Of a stretch of DNA of 7,984 bases, positions 1-6,911 are shown one piece after another. The stretch lies in contig NW_021828797.1 in NCBI RefSeq assembly GCF_006345805.1, forward strand, positions 1 through 7,984. The letters run 5' to 3'. The notes under the pieces are model-generated. The model saw only the letters and a list, made by a program, of their open reading frames with translations. It ran no database searches and had not been told where the DNA came from. Source of the stretch: Octopus sinensis. Lineage: Eukaryota. Position 1 is the first letter of the stretch, and every line of letters starts with the position of its first letter. Made by a program: the position numbers and the translations under genes.

Positions 1-1171
1 CTGGGGTCGATGTAATCGACTTAATACTATGTCTGTCCTTGTTTGTCCCCTCTGTGTTTAGCCCCGTGTGGGTAATAAAGAAATAGGTATTTCGTCCGCC
101 GCTGCGTTTTGGGTTCAAATCCGCCGAGGTCGACTTTGCCTTTCATCTTTCGGGTCGAAAAATTAAGTACAGTTACGCACTGGGGTCGATATAATCGACT
201 TAATCCGTTTGTCTGTCCGTTTGTCTTCTCTGTGTTTAGCCCTTGTGGGTAGTAAGAAATAGGTATTTCGTCCGCGCTGCGTTTTGAGTTCAAATTCCGC
301 CGAGGTCGACTTTGCCTTTCATCCTTTCGAGGTCGATAAATTAAGTACCAGTTACGCACTGGGGTCGATGTAATCGACTTAATACCTATGTCTGTCCTTG
401 TTTGTCCCCTCTGTGTTTAGCCCCTTGTGGGTAATAAAGAAATAGGTATTTCGTCCGCCGCTGCGTTTTGGGTTCAAATTCCGCCGAGGTCGACTTTGTC
501 TTTCATCCTTACGGGGTCGAAAAATTAAGTACCAGTTACGCACTGGGGTCGATATAATCGACTTAATCCGTTTGTCTGTCCATGCTTGTCCCCTCTATGT
601 TTAGCCCCTTGTGGGTAATAAAGAAATAGGTATTTCGTCCGCCGCTGCGTTTTGAGTTCAAATTCCGCCGAGGTCGACTTTGCCTTTCATCTTTACGGGG
701 TCGAAAAATTAAGTACCAGTTACGCACTGGGGTCGATATAATCGACTTAATCCGTTTGTCTGTCCTTGTTTGTCTTCTCTGTGTTTAGCCCCTTGTGGGT
801 AATAAAGAAATAGGTATTTCGTCCGCCGCTGCGTTTTGAGTTCAAATTCCGCCGTGGTCGACTTTGCCTTTCATCCTTACGGGGTCGAAAAATTAAGTAA
901 CAGTTACGCACTGGGGTCGATATAATCGACTTAATCCGTTTGTACCCTCTATGTTTAGCCCCTTGTGGGTAGTAAAGAAATAGGTATTTCGTCAGCCGTT
1001 ACGTTCTGAGTTCAAATTCCGCCGAGGTCGACTTTGCCTTTCATCCTTACGGGGTCGAAAAATTAAGTACCAGTTACGCACTGGGGTCGATATAATCGAC
1101 TTAATCCCTTTGTCTGTCCTTGTTTGTCTTCTCCGTGTTTAGCCCCTTGTGGGTAGTAAAGAAATAGGTAT
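1..1171 (+). repeat. Tandem array 1 of SINE family A body (~180-bp monomer; one partial plus 6 full units; runs off the window start)
   Basis: Monomers start at GGTATTTCGTC at 86, 262, 445, 629, 813 and 983, with a final GGTAT at 1167. Each has a B-box-like GTTCAAAT(T)CC. The monomer is the reverse complement of the units attached to a tRNA-like head at 3070-3118. Confidence 0.95.
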
Positions 1172-1245
1172 AAATGTAAAGATAGAACAGCTACAAAAAC
1201 AAAAAATCGTCGTTGCTTGGGCTCTACACGCTTATGTTTAGGTAT

Positions 1246-1475
1246 GCTAGGGGGACAGTAGTTTCTCACAATCTTCTCCTTTCTTCTATTTTTCATCGAC
1301 GCGTGGACTGATTCTTTCTGGACACATCCATTCAATTGGGCTGCTAGTCTTTCATGCACCATGTGGCATCTCTTCAGCCAAAATCCATGAATCCTATCCG
1401 TCCGGGCGCTTTCCAGTTAGGCACTGTGCCCACTTGTCTCTTCATCTTTCCTCCTTATAATTTTTGTCGTGATAG
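1246..1475 (-). pseudogene. Degenerate reverse-transcriptase fragment of an R4/Dong-like non-LTR retrotransposon
   Basis: Minus-strand translation gives PNWKAPG (NWKAPG at 1418-1401), a 1-nt frameshift at ~1400, then DRIHGFWLKRCHMVHERLAAQLNGCVQ...KNRRKEKIVRNYCPP. This matches the RT N-terminal pattern NWKAPGPDG-x-x-GFWLK...HERLA-x-QLN...NYRPI that I recall for R4-clade elements. The clade call is from motif recall. Confidence 0.75.
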
Positions 1476-1488
1476 TTATTATTATTAT

Positions 1489-1748
1489 ACTCTTTACTCT
1501 TTACTCTCTTTTACTCTTTTACTTGTTTCAGTCATTTGACTGCGGCCATGCTGGAGCACCGCCTTTTTTAATCGAGCAACTCGACCCCCGGGACTTATTC
1601 TTTTTGTAAGCCCAGTACTTATTCTATCGGTCTCTTTTTGCCGAACCGCTAAGTAACGGGGACGTAAACACACCAGCATCGGTTGTCAAGCAATGGTAGG
1701 TGGACAAACACAGACACACAACACACACACACACACACACACCACACA

Positions 1749-1805
<57 letters not shown>

Positions 1806-1967
1806 TATACGAGAGGCTTCTTTCAGTTTCCGTCTACCAAATCCACTCACAAGGCTTTGGTCGGCCCGGGGCTATAGCAGAAGACACTTGCCCAGGCTGC
1901 CACGCAGTGGGACTGAACCCGTAACCATGTGGTTGGTTAGCAAGCTACTTACCACACAGCCACTCCT
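1489..1967 (-). mobile_element. tRNA-derived SINE family B, copy 1 (near full length)
   Basis: Minus strand: A box TGGCTGTGTGG, B box GTTCAGTCC, CORE-like CCTGGGCAAGT, internal (TA)n(TG)n, 3' hairpin CAGTC-AAAT-GACTG and a (GAGTAAA)n-type tail. Three other copies occur in the window. Both flanks read TTATTATTATTAT (1476-1488, 1967-1979). Confidence 0.9.
1709..1808. repeat. (CA)n(TA)n compound microsatellite inside SINE B1
   Basis: Direct reading of the sequence. Confidence 0.95.
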
Positions 1968-2002
1968 TATTATTATTATTGAGTGAGTGAGCAGTGCATG
2001 CC
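1967..2002 (-). mobile_element. Terminal fragment of element D with its (TAA)n tail
   Basis: Reverse complement GGCATGCACTGCTCACTCACTC-AATAATAAT matches GGCATGCACTGCTCTCTCACTT-AATATTAATAAT starting at 3794. Confidence 0.7.
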
Positions 2003-2111
2003 TAACCCTAACCAGTAAACAAGTGTAACCTGGTTGTGGACAGCTGACAACTTTCCGTCATACCCAGCAAAATAAAGCTGATATTTTTTCCAGAATAAAA
2101 TAATTTTTTTT

Positions 2112-2257
2112 AGGGGGCTAAATAGAGAGGGGATAAACAAGGACAGACAAAGGGATTAGTCGATTACATCGACCCCAGTGCGTAACTGGTACTTAATTTA
2201 TCGACCCCGAAAGGATGAAAGGCAAAGTCAACCTCGGCGGAATTTGAACTCAGAACG
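2112..2257 (-). mobile_element. Partial SINE A monomer, detached from array 2 by the duplicated segment
   Basis: Reverse complement of the monomer. It carries the array-2-specific variant AGTCAACC (GTTGACT on the sense strand). Confidence 0.9.
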
Positions 2258-2599
2258 AACTGTTGGCGCTGTTATTTTATGTTATCAGATAATGTTCTTT
2301 TGCTAATATTATAATCCAGTAAAACTCTCACAAGTACCACTTATTGGTCCTTCCTCATATTCTTTCTGGGTTTAAACTGTTTAATCTTTGCTTTAAATCC
2401 GTCACAGCGGGATAGATACTTAAGTTGACGTAATTTATTAGTTTTCAATTTTACAAAATAAAGACATTTGACTTTATAAAGCGACGAAATAACAATGTGG
2501 TAGGGAAGGAAGCCTCTTATTACATTATTGCCCCACTAGGGGCTACACACAGAGGGGACAAACAAGGACAGACAAACGGATTAAGTCGATTACATCGAC
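2257..2599 (-). repeat. Left arm of a ~343-bp inverted duplication (partner 7372-7713)
   Basis: Manual alignment finds ~12 differences over the ~274-bp portion 2257-2530. The adjacent monomer 3' end shares the private variant TGTGTGTAGCCCCTAGTGGGGCAAT. Confidence 0.95.
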
Positions 2600-3118
2600 C
2601 CCAGTGCGTAACTGGTACTTAATTTATCGACCCCGAAAGGATGAAAGGCAAAGTCAACCTCGGCGGAATTTGAACTCAGAACGTAACGGCTGACGAAATA
2701 CCTATTTCTTTATTGCCCACAAGGGGCTAAACATAGAGAGGACAAACACGGAGAGACATAGGTATTAAGTCGATTACATCGACCCCAGTGCGTAACTTGT
2801 AGTTAATTTATCGGCCCCGAAAGGATGAAAGGCAAAGTCAACCTCGGCGGAATTTGAACCCAGAACGTAACGGCTGACGAAATACCTATTTCTTTATTGC
2901 CCACAAGGGGCTAAACATAGAGGGAACAAACAAGGAGAGACATAGGTATTAAGTCGATTACATCGACCCCAGTGCGTTACTGGTACTTAATTTATCGACC
3001 CCGAAAGGATGAATGGCAAATTCAACCACGGCGGAATTTGAACGCAAAACGTAACGGCTGACGAATACCTCTAAGCATTCCGCCCGGCGTGCTAACGATT
3101 CTGCCAGCTCGCCACCTT
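2523..3118 (-). mobile_element. SINE family A: tRNA-like head (3118-3070) followed by 3 tandem body units (array 2)
   Basis: Head AAGGTGGCGAGCTGGCAGAATCGTTAGCACGCCGGGCGGAATGCTTAGAG, then units 3069-2887, 2886-2703 and 2702-2523. Confidence 0.92.
3033..3106 (-). promoter_or_regulatory. Pol III type-2 internal promoter of SINE A (A box 3106-3096, B box 3043-3033)
   Basis: TGGCAGAATCG approximates TRGCNNARYGG and GTTCAAATTCC approximates GTTCRANNCC, ~52 bp apart. Confidence 0.7.
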
Positions 3119-3122
3119 AATA

Positions 3123-3196
<74 letters not shown>

Positions 3197-3205
3197 CTAA
3201 TGATA

Positions 3206-3243
<38 letters not shown>

Positions 3244-3244
3244 G

Positions 3245-3293
<49 letters not shown>
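3118..3293. repeat. Compound (TAA)n(TGA)n(TAA)n microsatellite
   Basis: Direct reading of the sequence. Confidence 0.97.
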
Positions 3294-3294
<1 letters not shown>

Positions 3295-3295
<1 letters not shown>

Positions 3296-3814
3296 TGCCC
3301 TGATCTTAACTGACTGGAAGTGTTATCATGTACATTGTTTTGTCCTGGTATAAAAGATGGGCTACAACAAATATTCTGCTCAATACCACAGATTTGCTTG
3401 TCAGTTGTTTGACCATAACCAGTTGAGCACGTCTCTTAGTGGCTGACGATATGTGCATCTCTGATCACGAGCAGAAGTAGTGGGGGATCATCATAGCCGT
3501 GTGTTGAGAGAGATTCTTTGGGGTTTGAGTAATTCACCCTTGGAAACATGGGTGTTTCGTTCAACATCCTTAAACAACACTTATTCAGGGACCTTTTGAG
3601 CGGGATGGGTTACTCGACCAGAAGAAAATTCTAACTGGGCCCCACCTGCAAGCTCATATACTGTTTATCTTGATATGAGATCACCATGTCATGCACATAT
3701 GGTTGTGATGCATGTGCCTGGTGTACCCTTATCAGACGGGTTGTCATGATGGGTATACTGGGTTTTGTATATTTTACCCAGTGTCACAATCATGGCATGC
3801 ACTGCTCTCTCACT
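3295..3814 (+). mobile_element. Unclassified ~520-bp non-coding interspersed repeat (element D) bounded by TAA repeats
   Basis: Higher-complexity block with sharp edges against (TAA)n on both sides. Its terminus recurs at 1981-2002. I recall it as an Octopus repeat (unverified). No Pol III boxes or meaningful ORF seen; strand is inferred from the tail. Confidence 0.55.
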
Positions 3815-3830
3815 TAATATTAATAATAAT

Positions 3831-3866
<36 letters not shown>

Positions 3867-3906
3867 AACAACAACAATAACAACAACAATAACAACAATA
3901 GCAACA
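3815..3906. repeat. (TAA)n(CAA)n microsatellite
   Basis: Direct reading of the sequence. Confidence 0.95.
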
Positions 3907-4001
3907 AGAGCACTCAGAGAGCGCAAACCTCTGCCAAGGCAACACCAATGTCCTCTCAACGATTAGCCAGAGATGATTTTTAAAATGAGAATATCTGAAA
4001 T
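3903..4001 (-). mobile_element. 3' terminus of a DINE-1/HINE-like (Helentron-associated) non-autonomous element
   Basis: Minus strand: subterminal motif GGCAGAGGT (3935-3927), then stem-loop GCGCTC-TCT-GAGTGC, then TCTTGTT. This is the subTIR + hairpin + TT layout known for DINE-1/HINE 3' ends. The inner boundary is uncertain. Confidence 0.6.
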
Positions 4002-4176
4002 ATAATCCTTCCGTTAATATTATGAGACCTTTCGGTTTTTTCTTCTCTGAAATTCCGGTCTTCCTTTAGTAATCCTGTTTAGATAAATGTATAGAATTAT
4101 GTATATATGTAAGTATACTGTAAAGTGTTGAAATGTATGTATAATCTCCTATTATAATAATGAGGGCTGTTTTTTC

Positions 4177-4197
4177 ATATATATATATATATATATA
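4177..4197. repeat. (TA)n tract abutting the Helitron 5' end
   Basis: Direct reading; supplies the A immediately before the 5' TC. Confidence 0.9.
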
Positions 4198-4592
4198 TCT
4201 TTGTATATAAAAGAGAGGTTGTGTGTCTGTCTCCTACAATTTAGATTCCTAACTACTCCCACATTTTGCGGTGCAGTTTAACCAAAACCGGGTATCTTAT
4301 AGTCGTGATTCATATCGAGCCCTTCTGGGTACTAGCGCGCGTAGACGATGAGTCTACGATTTAAAAAAAATTTACCATCATATTTTTCCATTTTGATGCA
4401 TTTTTTCGCTATTATATAAGGGTAGTAACTCTCTAAAAATGTCTACGATGAGTCAACGATTTAAAAAAATTTACCATCATTTTTTTTCCTTTTTTAATGC
4501 ATTTTTTTGCTATTTTTTGGCTATAACTCTCTAAAAATGCTTATATAGTTATTTCCCTTACAAACCCGAGCAACGCCGGGCGATACTGCTAG
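4198..4592 (+). mobile_element. Non-autonomous Helitron (~395 bp)
   Basis: 5' A|TCTTTGTATATAAAAGAGAGGTTGTGTGTCTGTC. 3' hairpin CCCG-AGCAACGC-CGGG (4565-4580), an 8-nt spacer, then CTAG (4589-4592). The expected 3' flanking T is absent because SINE B2 follows directly. Confidence 0.8.
4341..4540 (+). repeat. Internal 100-bp tandem duplication within the Helitron
   Basis: GTAGACGATGAGTCTACGATTTAAAAAAAATTTACCATCAT...CTCTCTAAAAAT (4341-4440) vs GTCTACGATGAGTCAACGATTTAAAAAAATTTACCATCAT...CTCTCTAAAAAT (from 4441). Confidence 0.85.
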
Positions 4593-4725
4593 CTTGCTAA
4601 CCAACCACATGGTTCCGGGTTCAGTCCCACTGCGTGGCATTTTGGGCAAGTGTCTTCTGCTATAGCCCCGGGCCGACCAAAGCCTTGTGAGTGGATTTGG
4701 TAGACGGAAACTGAAAGAAGCCTGT

Positions 4726-4766
<41 letters not shown>

Positions 4767-4969
4767 TTGTGTGTGTGTGTATTTGTCCCCCTAGCATTGC
4801 TTGACAACCGATGCTGGTGTGTTTACGTCCCCGTTACTTAGCGGTTCGGCAAAAGAGACCGATAGAATAAGTACTGGGCTTACAAAAAATAAGTCCCCGG
4901 GTCGATTTGCTCGACTAAAGGCGGTGCTCCAGCATGGCCGCAGTCAAATGACTGAAAGAAGTAAAAGAG
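4590..4969 (+). mobile_element. SINE family B, copy 2 (5'-truncated, A box missing)
   Basis: Starts at TAGCTTGCTAACC and contains the B box, internal (TA)n(TG)n, the CAGTCAAATGACTG hairpin and a GTAAAAGAG tail. Reverse complement of B1 and B3. Confidence 0.9.
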
Positions 4970-5145
4970 AAAAAGGAGAGATATATCGGAGTGAGAGGTG
5001 AAGGTAGAGGAGATAAATGATGGCAAAGAGAGCGTCGTATGACTGAGAAAGGAAGGGGTGATAGATGGATAACGAAGGAAGAAGTGTAAAAGCCGATAAA
5101 CGGTGTTTGAAGTGTGAGCATATGTGTGTGTGTATGTGTGTGTGC

Positions 5146-5392
5146 GTGACTAAGAGAACTATGTGAAACTCCATATACATGTGAAGTAAAGAAAATAGGA
5201 AAAATCCTCCAGAATCTTTGTCCGGTACCGGATCGATCCCAAAATCTAATCAGTTCGTGCCAGTCATTAGTCCAAACGTCCCTGAAAGTTTCATCCGAAT
5301 CCATCCAGCGGTTCATGAGATATCTTGTCCAAGGACAAACAAACAAATACGACTGAAAAACAATACCTCTGCTTTCGCTAAGCCGGAAGTAA
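5146..5392 (-). mobile_element. 5' part of a DINE-1/HINE-like element
   Basis: Minus strand: TT-ACTTCCGGC-TTAGCGAA-AGCAGAGGT (degenerate subTIR plus adjacent inverted repeat), then (TTTG)n, then core. ACCTCTGC at 5365-5372 equals 3927-3934. The inner boundary is uncertain. Confidence 0.65.
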
Positions 5393-5424
5393 TAACGATA
5401 GTAATAATGGAGTACCAGTACATG

Positions 5425-5838
5425 ACTCTTTTACTCTTTTACTCTTTTACTTGTTTCAGTCATTTGACTGCGGCCATACTGGAGCACCGCCTTAAGTCGA
5501 GCAAATCGACTCCGGGACTTATTCTTTGTAAGTCCAGTACTTATTCTATCGGTCTCTTTTAGCCGAACCGCTAAGTGACGGGAACGTAAACACACCAGCA
5601 TCGGTTGTCAAGAAATGCTAGGGGGACAAACACAGACACACAAACACATACACACACACTTATATATATATACATATATACGACAGGCTTCTTTCAGTTT
5701 CCGCCTACCAAATCCACTCACAAGGCATTGGTCGGCCCGAGGCTATAGCAGAAGACACTTGCCCAAGATGCCACGCAGTGGGACTGAACCCGGGACCATG
5801 TGGTTGGTTAGCAAGCTACTTACCACACGGCCACTCCT
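5425..5838 (-). mobile_element. SINE family B, copy 3 (near full length)
   Basis: Colinear with B1. (ACTCTTTT)x3 tail, internal (CA)(TA) tract, A box variant TGGCCGTGTGG and B box. No TSD found. Confidence 0.9.
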
Positions 5839-5869
5839 GTATATACACATATAATATATATATATATAT

Positions 5870-5946
<77 letters not shown>

Positions 5947-5962
5947 ATATTATATATATATA
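5839..5962. repeat. (TA)n microsatellite
   Basis: Direct reading of the sequence. Confidence 0.95.
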
Positions 5963-6087
5963 AAATTTATTAGAGACAAACCACTATTTTGCAAAACAAC
6001 AAGGAAAGACTTAATCAATACATAAAATTTTAATAAATAGTCAAAAACCGACTGAAATACGACTGAAAAACAATAACCATATATCAC

Positions 6088-6257
6088 TATATACGACAGG
6101 CTTCTTTCAGTTTCCGTCTACCAAATCCACTCACAAGGCATTGGTCGGCCCGGGGCTATAGCAGAAGACACTTGCCCAAGATGCCACGCAGTGGGACTGA
6201 ACCCGGGACCATGTGGTTGGTTAGGAAGCTACTTACCACACAGCCACTCCTGCGCCT
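6088..6257 (-). mobile_element. SINE family B, copy 4 (5' half only, most complete head)
   Basis: Starts AGGCGCAGGAGTGGCTGTGTGGTAAG; A box 6246-6236, B box 6202-6194. Ends at the position of the internal TA tract. Confidence 0.9.
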
Positions 6258-6493
6258 ATAAACTCTGGTTCATACCCTCTTTACACAACCGTTAAGAACT
6301 GTTAAGAACTGTTAAGACGTATCTTAGAAGATATTACGAAAGTGCAATAACATGGACATGAGAAACAGTGTAAAAACAAAAATATCGCTGAAATACGAAA
6401 TTTTCAGTTATACGGCATCGCTGATAAGATGCAAGGAAATCACTATACTTACCATGAACAAACTGAACAATAAAACAGGTAAATGTCAGGAGA

Positions 6494-6881
6494 GGGAGGA
6501 AGCACTCCGTCGGTTACGACGATGAGTGTTCCGGTTGATCCGAATCAACGGAACAGCCTGCTCGTGAAATTAACGTGTAAGTGGCTGAGCACTCCACAGA
6601 CACGTGTATCCTTAACGTAGTTCTCAGGGTTATTCAGCATGACACAGAGAGTGACAAGGCCGGCCCTTTGAAATACAGGTACAACAGAAACAGGAAGTAA
6701 GAGTGAGAGAAAGTTGTGGTGAAAGAGTACAGCAGGAATCACCACCATCCCTGCCGGAGCCTCGTGGAGCTTTTAGGTGTTTTCGCTCAATAAACACTCA
6801 CAACGCCCGGTCTGGGAATCGAAACCGCGATCGTATGACCGCGAGTCCGCTGCCCTAACCACTAGGCCATTGCGTCTCCAC
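6494..6881 (-). mobile_element. Full-length tRNA-derived SINE family C (388 bp) with a 14-bp target-site duplication
   Basis: TSD TAAATGTCAGGAGA at 6480-6493 and 6882-6895. A box TGGCCTAGTGG (6869-6859) and B-box-like GGTTTCGATTCCC (6826-6814). 3' hairpins at 6528-6554 and 6508-6521. Confidence 0.9.
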
Positions 6882-6911
6882 TAAATGTCAGGAGAAACCA
6901 CAGAGGAAAAC

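Noticed and set aside
27-359. 110-aa ORF across array 1
   Set aside because: Antisense translation of SINE monomers that depends on probable indel errors; no protein motif.
420-432. Substitute A box (TAGCCCCTTGTGG) at monomer 3' ends
   Set aside because: It lacks the conserved A14/R15 positions, so I do not count it as a promoter.
1-1171. CRISPR array
   Set aside because: The whole ~180-bp unit repeats with no unique spacers, there are no cas genes, and the context is eukaryotic SINE.
1244-1257. 14-bp exact match ATGCTAGGGGGACA to SINE B (5605-5618; reverse complement near 4785-4798) at the end of the RT relic
   Set aside because: It could be a templated patch, but one 14-mer match within 8 kb on two strands is not unlikely by chance.
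1683-1986. ORFs with THTH/IYIY runs (also 4589-4807, 5615-5963)
   Set aside because: Translations of SINE B and its dinucleotide tracts.
2001-2013. Interstitial telomeric repeat (CCTAACCCTAACC)
   Set aside because: Only about two units, which is expected by chance.
2690-2702. Hammerhead ribozyme core (CTGACGA) in array 2 monomers
   Set aside because: CTGACGA overlaps the GAAA (CTGACGAAAT) with no stem II between them, and it exists only in one monomer variant.
3089-3983. Poly-I/M, poly-L, poly-T and poly-N ORFs
   Set aside because: Products of stop-free frames through trinucleotide microsatellites.
4144-4176. Second Helitron 5' end (A|TCTCCTATTATAATAATGAG)
   Set aside because: Weak resemblance only, with no separate 3' hairpin-CTAG partner.
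4915-5562. 143-aa and 114-aa ORFs
   Set aside because: They span HINE, microsatellite and SINE boundaries, with no recognisable domain or splice context.
5963-6050. Penelope-like or other named repeat fragment
   Set aside because: It looks familiar as an Octopus repeat, but nothing in the window supports a classification.
6800-6881. Functional tRNA genes (also 3033-3118, 6190-6257)
   Set aside because: A/B boxes are present but I could not form a closing acceptor stem or canonical cloverleaf, and each continues into a SINE body.
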